From NCBI RefSeq assembly GCF_009834535.1, contig NC_045696.1:29266001-29330000 (forward strand): a stretch of 64,000 nucleotides of DNA, in the 5' to 3' direction. Source of the DNA: Camelus ferus. Lineage: Eukaryota. Of this stretch, positions 11,136 through 24,547 are shown piece by piece. The position numbers and the translations under genes were made by a program. How positions within the stretch are numbered: the first letter of the stretch is position 1; each line of letters opens with the position of its first letter. The notes under the pieces are model-generated. The model did not search any database and was not told the origin of the DNA. It was given only the letters and a program-made list of their open reading frames with translations.

Positions 11136-14027
11136 TTGATCAAATAGGTAAGTCTAAAAATATTAAAAAGGATTTAAAAAAGAAACAAAGGAAAATGAAA
11201 AACAGGTTGAAGTTGGTTCCACCAAGCCTTTAAATTTTGAGTTGGAATGCTGATGCTATAAAGTGGTCCCCCCATTAAAATCCACTGTCAGTAAATACTT
11301 CAGTCTCAGAAAAGTATGGAGGTAGAAGAGCAAATGATATGGAACAAATTGTATTAGCCGTAGTATCTCTGAGGAAAGTTTCACAGTTTTCTGTTTATAA
11401 GAATAGCCCTTGTTCAGAAATGAAAAATCATTTTATCATAAGAAACAATTATTTATCTTGTATAACAGAGCACTGATATCATATATTCCTCTTTACCTTC
11501 TCCTGTGACCAGCTAATGTGTATCTCCAGTTACTTGCCACATTCACCATTTTCACTTAAGTGACACTTAGGAAGATCCTGTTATTGTTTTATAAAACTTT
11601 CCGCATTATTGTTTGTTTCCCTAAATCATTTACAGTTAACCATATAAGCTTTTATCAAAGGAAAACTCTTTCATTGAGCTATTTCAAAAATTTAAAGCAG
11701 TTATTACACTAACATTTTTTAAAGCATTCATGCTGCCTTCACTGTTATAATGGGTACTGTTATGACTTCTAGATTATGTTAATAGGAAAACGCTCTAAAG
11801 TCTAACACTCACAAAGCACATCATTGTCCCACCCGCATGCAGCAATCCACGCTTTACTCCTGGCAATAAATTTGATCACATTACTCCAGTTATGGCAGAT
11901 TTACACTCACTTGCTATCAGTCAGTACATTGACTTTAAAATCTGGCTCAGAGTTTTTCATTACCTCTATGGAACTTCCCTTTCTCTCCTATCAGAACTGC
12001 CCTCCATTTATACGTGCCCTCAGTCCTTACTTTCTAATAATAAATCTCAAATTCATCAACCCCCTTGTCAGGTCTCTCATCCATGGGCAACAGAGCATTC
12101 ACCTGTTATGCCCCAGAGCCGTGGAATTCCCTGAACTGAACAGTCCTCTCCAAATCCCCTGAGCTTTCTAAATCCCTTTTTGAGTCTCACTTATTAAAAT
12201 TTGCTTTTAATATTTGATCTGCCACTGACACATGCTGTAGGCTTAGCTGTTAGAAAAAAAAATATGTAAAGAGAAGAAAAGTATTTTTATTTTCCTCACC
12301 ACTTATATAAAGAAGTGAGATGTCCTCTGCTCCTTCGTTGGCATTTTATATTTTTCACCATTCTTTCCTTTCTCCCTTTCATGACTGGTAGAACAATCAC
12401 CTTATAGGCATTGGTCACTAACCAAGTTTAAAGATTTTATGTGTGATGGGATTATAAATAAACTGGTCACAATATCATTAATTACCTTGCACCCTAGAAA
12501 TTGGTATAGATTTTTTTTTTAGGAGATAACATGGAATTAGGAGAAAAACAACTCATTCCTTACAGCTATCTTCCTCCAATGCCTGTCCTACATAGCAGAT
12601 TTTCTCTTCTATTTTTATTTTAATTAATAAACTTTCTGGCTTAATACCACTCTTTTGTCATAAGAAAACAGAAACATGTATTTGGTGGCACTAAAGGACA
12701 TAGGGTTTTTGTACTATTAGGGTGATACAAACAGTAACATCAGACTCTGGGACACAGGCAGTCCTATTCTAACATAGTCTGTTCCCAGGATCTGCCAATA
12801 TTAAAAGAATGTTGGGTTTTTTTGCATCTTCCTTGATACATAGCCCAGAACTATAGACACAGTACGCATTTCAAAAATGTTCGTAGAACATTAATTATTT
12901 TTATCTCAGTTCTTTATTTTTTTATTTGCGTTTCCCTTTGAACTGGATCTGATTTTCTGTCTGTTTCCCTCCTTGTTAGAGTACACAGTTTTTCCGTCAC
13001 CCTGGTCTCTTGCACAGCTGTTGATCAGCCTATTGATTAGGACCCAGAGGCTAGCTGACAGCCAGGAAAGGGCATTATATTCTGGCACCATTTCCCTCTA
13101 AGTGCTTAATGCTCTTTAAGCCCCTCATTCAATTAGATGGCACAAGCTATTACACACAAGTGCCCCACTATGGAAAATTACAAGCTCATATGTGAGAGAT
13201 ACAGAGGAAGGAAGGCAAAGAGTAAGTTAATAGGACATTGTCTGTGTGTTTGGTAAATCCTGTGGTGTTTAGGGCTCAAGGTTAATATCAGAGTGCCAGG
13301 CTATGGAATTTAAACAGCAGGTAGATTTCAATAGCACAGAATATGAGAGAGAACACTGTACGGATTGATATATTATTCTGTTATTTGAAACAGGTACTGT
13401 GTAAAATTCAGCATTTTCTCTGAAACATTTTGAAGGCGATTTGGGCCATTGAAAAATAACGGCAAAGTTAAAACTTTTTTTAAGGTTAAAGTAACATTAC
13501 TAAAGTAGGTGACATGATTGAATTTCACTAGCTGGTGAAGTTTTCACCGTTTTGATACACGTGCAGATAGAAAAAAAGAAAGCACTTCTTTTTCTTTGTG
13601 GGAAGGAAGACAAAATTAACCTCATAACATATACAACTTAGTACATGAAGATTATTAGTTGTTACTAATGGATTTTACGCAAGAACAAAAGCTGCAGTGC
13701 TTGTGCTAGCTGTTGGGAGCCCTTTCACTGGGATAGCACACGGCTGGGAAAATACAATGAAGGCTTGTTTTAGCCACTGTGCACCCCTGTCTCTGCTGCC
13801 TTTGTGAGTGCACAGATGTGCAGCAGTACCTGACCCCCTGAAAAATGCTCTTACAATGGATATGAAAACATGAGCAGACTAGAGGGTCGGTTTCATCATC
13901 TATTCTGGACAACTCTGAACTATTATGCAGCCTTTAACTTACATAACAATGCTCATATTTAAAGTACAATCAATAAGTGCCCAGCTGAATACTATAGCTC
14001 GGCCCGATCTCAATTAATTTTCAAACT

Positions 14028-14155
14028 AACTTTATGAAGTAGGTAAATTTATTTTCTCCATTTTACAAAGAGAAAACTCAAAATGAGACATTAAGCAGTT
14101 TGCCTGATGTGACTGACACACAGTAAGTGGAGAAAGGATTGGAATCCAGATAATA
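14028..14155 (-). mobile_element. MIR SINE
   Basis: ctccattttacaaagagaaaactca...ttgcctgatgtgac...ggattggaatccag core. Confidence 0.7.
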
Positions 14156-14711
14156 CGATTATAGAAGGTTTAGCCACAATATAAACCACCAGCCTAAAGC
14201 ATATCATAGTAGGGTTTTTTTTTGTTTTATTCTTAAATAAGGATACATTGCTTTTAAAAGTCTAGAATCAATAAACCCAATAAAGAAAATTCAAATCACT
14301 CATAATCTCATTACAAAGAAAACTACTATAAATATTTTGGAGGATATATATTCCATGTTGTAACAAATAATGTATATGTTGTTTGTAACCAATATTTTTC
14401 AATTACCAAGTTTTCCACTCAAATGACACTGCTAAGACATAATTCATTACATGCAGATAGGTACCTTCTATGTACAATACTTTACCCAATAAATCACATA
14501 TTTTAATACTGTTTCCAATTTTATATCTTTGCTGTCATTAAAACATTTCTATGAACATCTTTATCAGGCTTAGAATAATACTGATTACTTTCCTAATGTT
14601 TTGAATAATTTTTTACAACTGCTAAATTGCCCTCTAGAAAGTTATACCAATTTACACTCACTAGCAGTAGGCAGTAATACCAATTTACACACTAAGCAAC
14701 AGTGTCATTTT

Positions 14712-17332
14712 TTTCTTCCAGTTTTATTGAGATATAATTGACATATAGCACTGTATAAGTTAAGGTGTACAGCATAATAATCTGACTTACCCACATCATG
14801 AAATTATTAACACAATAAGGTTAGTGAATATCCATCGTCTCATACAGATACAAAATGAGAAAAAAAGAAAAAAACATTTTTTTCCTTGTGATGAGAACTC
14901 AGGATTTACTCTCTTAACAACTTTCATGTATATAACTTAGCAATAGTCATTATATTAATTATGCTGACATCACACCCTTGGCACCTACACAGTCTGTAAC
15001 TGGAAGTGGGTGCCCTCGGCCCACTTTGCTCCACTTCCTTCTTGCCCGACAGTCCATCTCTGGTAACCACAAACACGAACTCTTTTTCTATTTGTTTGTT
15101 AATTTGTTAGACGTGTAATTGACTTACAACACTATGTCACTTCCTGGTGTACAACATAGTGATTTGATATTTCTGTCCATTACAAAATGATCACTCTGGT
15201 AAACACAGTTAACATCTGTCACCTACAAAGATACTACATTATTATTAATTACATTCCTACATTATATTTCAGCCTCCTTTCTGGCAACCACCTGGCTGCT
15301 CTCTATATCTAAAACTCTTTCCATTCTGTTGTTTGTTCATTTGTTGTTTTTTAGATTCCACATATAAGTGATATCGTACAGTATTTGTCTTTTTCTGTCT
15401 GACATTTTTCATTTAGCATAATATGATCTAGGTCTATTTACATTGCCTCTAAATGGCAAGATTTCATTCTATTTTATGAGTAACATTCTGTTATATATAA
15501 ATATACATATATATGTATATATCACATTTTCTTCTACTGATAGACAGTTATGTCCATACCTTGGCTATTGTGCATAGTGCTGCGATAAGTATAGTGGTGG
15601 ATATCTCACTTGAAATTACTATTTTTGTTTTCTTTGGAAAAATTTCTTTGGAAAAAGAATATTTAGAACAGAGTTTCTGCATCATATGATAGTTCTATTT
15701 TTAAATTTTTTGAGGAATCCCCACACTGTTTTCCATAGTGGTTGCACCTATTTACATTCCTGCCAAAGTGCACAAGATTTCCCTTTTCTCCACATCTTCA
15801 CCAGCACTTGTTATTTGTTGTCTTTTTGATAATAACCATTTTGGTAAGTGTGAAGTGGTATTTCATTGTGGTTTTTACTTGCATTTCCCTGATGTTTAGT
15901 GATGAAGAGCATCTTTTCACATGCCTGTTTATTCTTTTTGATGAAATTATAAATGGGTTTATTTCTTAATTTCTCAATTTGATAGTTTGTTTTTAGTATA
16001 TAGAAATGCAACAGATTTTGTTATGTTAATTTTTTATCCTACAACCATATGGACTTCATTTATTTGTTCTATAGATTTTTAGTGTCTTTAGGATTTTGTA
16101 TACATAGTATCATGTCATCTACAAACAGTGGCAGCTTTATGTCTTCCTTTCAAATTTGGATTCCTTTTTATTACTTTTCCTTATCTGATTGCTCTGGCTA
16201 GAACTTCTAATATTATGTTGAGTAAAGTGATTAAAGGGGCAAGGGTGGGCATCCTTGTCTCACTTCTAATCTTAGAAGAAATGCTTTCCCCATTTTAATT
16301 TTGAATATGATAGTCATAGATGTCCTTTATAATGTTCAGGTATATTCTCTCTGTACCCATTTTGCTGAGAGTTTTTATCATAAATTGATGGTGAATTTTG
16401 TCAGAAGCTTTTTCTGCATGTGTTGAGATGATCAAGTAATTTTTACTCTTCAGTTTGTTGATGTGGTATATCATGTGAGAGATTTGCAGACATTGGTCAA
16501 TTTTTGCCTCCCTGGGATAAATTTCACTTGATCATGGTGTATAATTCTTTTAATATATTTTTCAATTTGGTTTGATAATTTTTTTGAGGGTTTTTATCTA
16601 TGGCCATCAGTGACACTGACCTGTAATTTACCCTTTTTGTGTTGTCATTGTATGGTTTTGGTATCAGGGTGATCCTGGCCTAGTAGAATGAATTTGGAAG
16701 TGCTCCTTTCTCTTTAATTTTTTGGAATAGTTTGAAAAGGGTAGGTGTTAACACCTCATTAAATATTCAGTAGAATTCACCTGTGTCTGGCTCAGCACTT
16801 CTGATTGTTGGGAATTTTTTTATTAATTCAGTGAGCTGCTTCAGGTCCTGGCCCTGCCCACCAGTGAGATGGCATCAACCCCTAGACCCACCGAGCCCCT
16901 ACACACCAGTGTGACAAAACCAGCCCAGGAGAGCTGGGATCTGCAACAAGCTGTCCCAGGAACTGACACTGCTCACCAGCACTAGACTCAGGCCAACAAC
17001 CAGCTATACTAAGACCTGGCCCCAACCACCAGCATTTGGCAGCTTCCTACTAAGCAGGGCCTTTTAGCTAGATTCCTCAAGAAAAGATAGAAGACTCAAA
17101 TATACAAAATCAAAAGTGAAAAAGAAAAAGTTACAACCGACACCATAGAAATACAAAGAACCATAAAAGATTACTATGAACAACTATATGCCAATAAAAT
17201 GAACAACCCAGAAGAAATGGATAAATCCCTAAAAATGTATAATCTACCAAAACTGAATCAGGAAATACAAAATATGAACAGTCTAATTACTAGTAATAAA
17301 ATTGAGTCAATAATTTAAAAAAAAAAACTCCC
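14712..17332 (-). mobile_element. L1 with 5' inversion (twin priming) and internal deletions
   Basis: Antisense 3'UTR/ORF2 14712-16830; sense 5'UTR-like + ORF2 16831-17332; TSD caacagtgtcatttt (14697-14711) / caacagtgtaatttt (17333-17347). Confidence 0.88.
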
Positions 17333-17506
17333 CAACAGTGTAATTTTAAAAAATTAAAAAGTTGCCACATTAAGATAACATGGTATTTCAATAATATTTT
17401 ATTTCTTCAATGAGTAATTAACAACAATTTTCATGTTCATTGGTCTTTCATATTTTGGTGAACAGATTGCTAAAATTTTGCCCATTTTTAAGGTATTTGC
17501 TATTTT

Positions 17507-17535
17507 TTTTTAACATTTTTATTGATTTATAATCA
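17507..17535 (-). mobile_element. ~29-bp extreme 3' terminus of a young L1
   Basis: Reverse complement tgattataaatcaataaaaatgttaaaaa resembles 2423-2452; 17-bp TSD 17490-17506 / 17536-17552 with 2 mismatches. Confidence 0.75.
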
Positions 17536-19599
17536 AGGGTATTTGTTATTTTAAATGACTTGTAATATCTCCTCATATTCAATCATGTCACTACTTTTCT
17601 ATGTGTATTTATCTTTCTCGTTTCATCATTGTAATAAAATTTGGTTTGCATGGTTTTGCAATGTACAAATTTTTATGTTCTATAGTTAAATACCTCAGTC
17701 CCTTTTTTTATGGTTTACAGAGCTTTGCTTTTCATGCTTAGAAGGTACTGCTACAAGCTGATTATACAAATATTAATACTTTTTCTAAGGTTTTATGGTT
17801 TTATTTTTATATTTAAAATACTAATTCATGTGAAAATTATTTTGCATGGGATGAGGTAGAAATTTACTATTCATCCCAAATCATGAATCTTTTGACCTAA
17901 TATTATTCGGTGAGTTAATTATCCTTTGCCTACTTAATTGGAGATGCCACTTCTTATCAATTATGTAATTATTACATATTTTTGAGTCTGATTCTGCTTT
18001 TTCTGGCCTTTCCCTTTCATCAGCTACACAGATAATTTTACTGACTACTAGAAAGGCCACCTCGTATTGACTCTCTTTAAAATCATTCTTGGGTCCCTGA
18101 CTTCTTTTTGGATGAGTTGGAAAATTAGAAATTCTTGATTAGAAATTTTTTAAAGATTTAAAAATGACTGATGTCCAACCTATAGGATCTATAAAGTGAC
18201 TTCAATATTGAAATATGAAGTATTTGATTAAACTAAATGAAATCAAAATAGATAACTGTTGGGTCTGTTAGTTGGATAATCATAGTGTAAATATATTTTT
18301 TTTAAGTACTTAGAGTGATCACATAATATAAAAATTATCCTGGGGAGATGGTTTGGAATTACCTATGAAGGGATTTATGAAATACACAAAACATTTTACA
18401 AAAGCCACAGGGCTACTACCACTTCTAAAAATAGGTAGATATTGGCAGCATCAAATAAAAAAACTAGACAAATGTAATCAGACTCACCTTGAGGAAATCA
18501 ACTGACTATGGAACTCAATGTTTTGAATATTTTTTAAAGTTATAAAATTTTAATTTATATCAAGACGACAATATAAATATTCACTTAAAATACATCTTCC
18601 AACATATCTTGTCTGTTTACTTTTTTAATGTAAAACTTTTATAACAGAAGCAGCTATTCAAGTGATTGTCTTGACAATGCCAGGCTGCAGTTTCCCAACA
18701 GGTTCACATTGTCTACTAGAGAACATGCTAACACTTTGGATCTCCCAGAAAATACAGCTCCATAGCAAATGGGATGTGTTTATTAGAAATGATGTATTTA
18801 TCTTATTTATCCATTTCAGAAGTGGGAAATATACTACAAAGTTTTACCAAAGTTAGACACCATACTGTCATTGTTGTTCCAGGAAAAGCAAAGAGAAGCA
18901 AAGAGAATGCTTGTTTTCAGGTGTACCCTATTTTGTAGCTGCTTGAGAAATACAGTACCTATTGCCCCAAAAGTTTTTCCCACCTGCTAAGGTTGTGAGA
19001 CAGACAGGTTGGTCAACCAGCTTAGATTTCACAGGACAAGCCTGGAGTAAATAAGCCATTTTATTTAGCTTTGGGAAAAAAAAATCTATTGGAAGTGACA
19101 GAGTGGTTGATGAATAGAGACTATTTTGAAGTGTACTACAGAAATTGGCCTTGGTACAGGACTTTTTTTAAAGGACATTCTTCCATTTGCTTGTTTGAAT
19201 GGAGAAAATTGTGCAATTTTACCATAACCACTTGAATCTTTTCCTCTGTTGTGGAAGTGGAATTTCCTAAGAAGGGAACCACACTCGTGTGAGGTACAGC
19301 AAGGAAGGAAAAGTCAGCTGGTCCCCAGGAAAAATGGTGCATTCTTCACTCTCTCCCTGATGAAAGGAATCTATGGTTCCATTCCTGATTTAAGAAGCTG
19401 CCATTTACAAGTGCAGCAAATGTAAGCCTGAAGGAGATTTAGGTCCCAGATTCCTGCCCTAGAGAGAGATTTACAATTCACTAATCACTTAAAGGACAAT
19501 AGTATTAATTTACCTTGACTCACAAACCTGTCCAACTATATTCCTTTTCTTCAAGAGTAGAATGATAATAATTAAACTAGCAGGAGTATCTAAAAATTT

Positions 19600-20722
19600 T
19601 ATTTAATATTAATAAATGCCAGGCCCCATTCTAAAAACTTAATGCTTAACACATTTAATTCCCATAAAACCCTATAAAGACAATGCTGGTGTTAGGGACA
19701 CCAACTGCTCCACACAGCTGAAAATATGTATAACTTTTCACTCCCCCAAAAACATAACTACTTATAGCCTGCTGTTGACTGGAAGCCTTACCAATCACAT
19801 AGACAGTCAATTAACACATATTTTATACATTATAAATTTTATATACTATATTCTTACAATAAAGAAAGCTAGAGAAAATAAAATATTACTAAAATAATAA
19901 GGAAGAGAAAATACATTTACAGTATTGTGCTGTATTTATCGATACCATAAGCTTGTATCATCTGTTTACAAAATGAATTTTCTGTCAGTACTTACACCAA
20001 TATTGTCATATGTGATACAAAATATTGTAGATGTTATATGTATTACTAACACTAGGCATCAGAAAAAAAAATGTGAAAAAGAAATACATATTTATTTACA
20101 GGTATAACAACTCATGCATTGAATATGAAGAAGCAGCAAAAATGACTGCCTAGTGTAATTGATATGATCACTTCACTGTAGCCCAGACTGTACACTAGTG
20201 AGTGAATTGTTATAAAAATTTTATGGCATACAATGGTACAGTCATATTCATAATACAGCATTGGAAACAGTGTTACTTTCTATAAAATACACTTATCTGT
20301 GATGACAGGCTGATACATAGTTTTTCCAGTTATGAGAGAGAGGAAGACACTGTATGGTAATGTAATTCTTTAAAAGTAAAGTTATAAAACAGTAAAAAAA
20401 AAAAATCTAACACATTAATTTTATATTAAATGTTGCTCACCATATGTAAGAATAGTCTATCATCTACATATAGTTTATGCACTAATTTTTTCTTAGTTTT
20501 TTGTGGTATTTCTAAGCTATGTAGCTTATCTGAGGTTTTTTTTTTTTTAATGATTGTAAATCTCCAAAACCTTTTCCAATATACTTTTTAGAAAACAATC
20601 TGCATATAGGTGGACGCACCCAGTTCAAACTCGTGTTGTTCAAGGATCAACTGTATTATTCCCATTTTTTATAGACAATAAAACTGAAAAAAGTTTACAC
20701 AACCTGACCAAGGTCATAGAAA
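19600..20722 (-). mobile_element. MIR split by Tigger3 insertion (pieces ~19600-19680 and ~20654-20722)
   Basis: atttaattcccataaaaccctata | tattattcccatttttatagacaataaaactga...ccaaggtcata. Confidence 0.65.
19681..20653 (+). mobile_element. TcMar-Tigger DNA transposon (Tigger3b/MER7-like), left TIR missing
   Basis: gttgactggaagccttaccaat...; right end cagttcaaactcgtgttgttcaaggatcaactg followed by TA. Confidence 0.85.
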
Positions 20723-20819
20723 GAGTTAAAAAGTGCAAATGGTATGGAAGATATTCATCTTAGGGAACAGAGATGGCTTTTAAGATTTCTCTCTCAACTC
20801 CCTCTATAATGCCTTACAG

Positions 20820-21132
20820 GAGCATATATTATGATTCCACTTACATGAAATGTCCAATAAAAGCAAATATAGGCAGACAAAATATACCGAGACAGAAAGT
20901 AGATGAGTTGTCACCCACGGCTGTGGGTAGGAATGAGGAGTGACTGTAAGTGGGCAAGAGTTTTCTTTGTAAAGTGATAGAAATATTCTAAAATTAGATT
21001 ACGATGATGGTTGTACAACTCTGTGACTATACTAAAATTTACTGAACTCTACACTTAAATGCATATAAACTGTACACTTAAGCAAATTTATGGTATGAAG
21101 TTATATCTCAACAAAACTTTAAAAAATTTTAA
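20820..21132 (+). mobile_element. Old L1 (L1MB-like) 3'UTR
   Basis: tatgattccacttacatgaaatgtcc...gatgatggttgtacaactctgtg...atatctcaacaaaac. Confidence 0.8.
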
Positions 21133-21799
21133 AAATCAGCACACTAAGCCCAACTACTCTACAAGAGAAGGTAGTACAGTGGTTCTTCCCCAGTCATGAT
21201 GATGATATTCTTGAAAATCACAGATGAAATCAAAGGGAAACAACGTTATTTTTAATTGGGGTAAGGAGAGTTACAGGGAAGAAAGTATGACTGTGATCCA
21301 ATGATCTCCTTATTAATATTTTACATTCTCTAAATTAATAAATTGGGCAACATGACAAAAAGTGTGGTGCATGTGTGCATGAAAGAGACTGTCAATGAAA
21401 CTTCATTTAGCCTGTTTTAAGAAGCAGTAACAATGGGTACTTAATTATTAGTTTTTATTACTTCCTACTTCCTAGAAATATCTTTCCCCACTTTTTACAT
21501 AAATTCACAAATGTGTTTAATGTTGCTTTAGATAATACGCAAATGCAAACGTATCTTTCTTGTGTGTGATCCTTCCTCTAAATGTTTCAACACAAGTGGC
21601 CAGTGTAGAGTGATTTGTAACTCTAGAGGTTTAAGAAAAGAGATGCTTGAAAAAAATCATCATAACATTGAGAGGATAGTCATATGACCAGTAAAATGAT
21701 TAAGAAGGTATTATACCACTCCCTTCTTAACAAGTTCCTTTATGTCATACAATAGCATTGAAGGTTCCATTTTTAGCAATGGAACTATTTTTTTGCCAA

Positions 21800-21980
21800 C
21801 CATAGAATCATAGTTTCAAGGATGTGGAAAGTCTTGAGGTTTTTTCATCTTACTTCTTCAAAGGATGGATTGTCCTCCTCTGATTTATTGCATACGACCA
21901 AATACCTCCTGAATTATCAGTAATTTACCTCCTAGAGAACTTAAGTCAAAGAGTTACCTCTTCTAGGAAAGTTTTTATTT
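21800..21980 (-). mobile_element. L3/CR1 or MIR3 3' fragment
   Basis: catagaatcatag...ggaaagtcttgagg start; ttctaggaaagtttt. Confidence 0.45.
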
Positions 21981-22439
21981 TAACCTTTGTTTGGATAATT
22001 CAATCACCGTTTGCTGGAGAGAGAATTCTGAAAGATTCTGACTCCCAGAATATATAATATTACTCAGTTTTTTGTATATTTTGCCAACACCTATATCCCA
22101 CTGGCATGTTCCTTAATGACTCCCTTACCTTTAATTGGGTTCACATCTAAGATGTTTAGGTAGATGAGAAATTATTTTATTTTAATGTTATTTTCCCTGG
22201 ATTTTCATTACTTACTACTTACTATAAATCATTCTAGAATTTAAAATATTTATGCTTATTTTACAACTAAATTAGTCCTAACAGAAAGGAATTTCAAAGA
22301 AGACACTAAGGGGTTTTAAAAGACTGGAGGGCTAGAGGTGAAGAGTGAAGCAGATATTCCACACAAATCACTAATAATTACATAGACAGAAGCAAGAAAC
22401 TAGCCCTCTGTCTTGAGGGAGCAAGATAACGAGCTTAGA

Positions 22440-22650
22440 AGCTGAGTCCTGAGATCTACAATATCTCAAATTTGCTCATGAGTTTTATCATCTTGGAGAA
22501 ATTACTTATCCTTGCTAGGCCTGAGTTTCTTCACCTATAAAATGGACCTAAAAAGAGTACCTATACTATAAGGTATCTGTGAACTTTAAATGGGTAAATA
22601 CATATAGAATATTTAAAACACTCTCTGATATAATTGTTAGATATTATTAT
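22440..22650 (+). mobile_element. MIR SINE
   Basis: tcttggagaaattactta...gcctgagtttcttcacctataaaatgg core. Confidence 0.75.
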
Positions 22651-22759
22651 CTTGTAGATCATTGATTATCAATCCAAGAAGAGCGGCACGTGCCTGAATC
22701 ACTTGGCAAGGTTTGTACACATTCTCCTTACCCTTTCCCACTCCCAAGGACAGTACTAT

Positions 22760-23070
22760 GTGATGGGAAGCCTCAAAGATTTTCAATCAGGGAAGTAACA
22801 TGATATTTACCCTTTACATAAATCTCTCCAGGGGTACTGTAGAGGGAGGAGAGAAAGAGAAAAATCGGGAAGTCTATTGCAGATGTTCAGATAATGCTCT
22901 GAAAAGAAAACTATAGCCATAGAAATAAAAAAAAGACAAGATGGCCACAAGATATGTTTATCAATGTAAAAAACGACATAGTCTAGTCACCTGGTGACTG
23001 TATGATGCCACCCATCTTTCTGCCTTAGGGTCAAGAATGAATGGAGCTACCATGGTCAAAGAGGGAACTG
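22760..23070 (-). mobile_element. L2 fragment
   Basis: gattttcaatcagggaagtaacatgat...ggaagtctattgcagatgttcag. Confidence 0.5.
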
Positions 23071-24426
23071 GAAATAAAGAATATATAGCAACTGTCTTCT
23101 GTGTAACTGGAAAACTAGTAAACATGTCCTCAGAAGTAAACTTATTAGGAGTAGCTGCAAAGCAGACTCAATAAAAGAGAATATTGCCTCTGTCTCTCTC
23201 AAGGAAATGTGTGTCTCTTCTTTACAGCACCCCAAATCTCCTAGTTACAACTTTTCCAAGATCAGAGGTATCTGTCTTGCACCTCTTATTACTATCAAAA
23301 CCTTAGCATCAGTAATTCTGCTAGCAACAGACTCTTAATGATGTTGACATAGAATGTGTGTCATTCAGCTACTAATTAATGCCTCTGAGTTAATATTCTC
23401 TGCTATTTAAAACCAACATTTAAGAGACAGAACATGACGGAGGATAACATTAGAAATATGTACGCAGCCTGCACGTCCAGACCCACTTTGTCCATGATAG
23501 AAGGCTTCGAAGGAGACATCACCTTGCACAAACCAAATGATCAGTCAATCAGTCCTCTCCCAGTGTAAGGACAGTCTTAATGGGATGAGCAAGGAATCAC
23601 AAGTAAGCCCAGCAAAGATGTAGGAAAAATAGGTCATTCCAGGGCTTGAGTTGTGGAAAAGAGTCAAGAAACAATGTATTTCCAAATTCACATGTCATCT
23701 CACAAGGCACAAGATCAATTCGTACAGCAGGGTAACAAGATCTGAAATTCCAAGCAAGTCCAGGAGGCACTGGAACCTAGAAATTGTACATGATTCTTGG
23801 AGAAACTTGATGTAATGTGACACATCGATGGAAGAGCCAACAATGTTTTTATTTTAATGATAGAACTGAATTCTGAAATTAAGCACAGCAGGTAGGAAAT
23901 GGATCTAGCACAGATGTCAAAAGCTATCATTGACTTTTGTGATAAAATGCTTTTTTTCCCCTTAAGCCCAGGCCAGTGGCCTATGTAGGTCATTGATGTT
24001 GAGCAGGAAAACAAACAAACAAACATCACAAGTGTGAGTGTCTTTCTGAGGAAAATTTGAAATAAGTTACTGATATTTAAAGATTCTTTTATTTTAGCAA
24101 ATCTTTCATTATCAAATAGTAATAGCAGAGGTATCATATTTCCCAATGGTCACATTTTACTACATAACAGGCAGCATACAAAAAATAAGTAGTTGAAATA
24201 AGCACTAGCTAAAACAAAAATGGCACCAAAATTCTAGCCAGCATCTGGCATCAGGCAAACTTTGGATAGTTGAGTATAGCCCTGGTCTTATACAAATTCC
24301 TCTTTACACACAATTTGAATAATCTTCCTTCTGATACGTAATTTTTTTCTCCAGAAATGGCTTTTTCTCTCCCATCTTCCAGCTTTCTATATAAGAAAGA
24401 TTAGAATAATTTTGCAACATTTTTTT

Positions 24427-24547
24427 CATCTTTTTTTTTGAAGTATAGTCAGTTTACAATGTTGTGTCAATTTCTAGTGTAAAGCATAATGTTTTAGTCA
24501 TACATATATGTACATATATTTGTTTTCATAGTCTTTTTATTATAGGT
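24427..24547 (-). mobile_element. Short L1 3' end
   Basis: ttttgaagtatagtcagtttacaatgttgtgtcaatttctagtgt; TSD aacattttttt 24416-24426 / 24548-24558. Confidence 0.85.

Larger units (their letters stand above)
14290..18150 (-). mobile_element. Ancient L1 (L1ME-like) relic, split by the 14712-17332 insertion
   Basis: Degenerate antisense L1 3' region at 14290-14700 continuing at 17348-18150. Confidence 0.6.

Noticed and set aside
23715..24146. 143-aa minus-strand ORF
   Set aside because: Non-ATG start, no recognisable domain, no clear splice boundaries.
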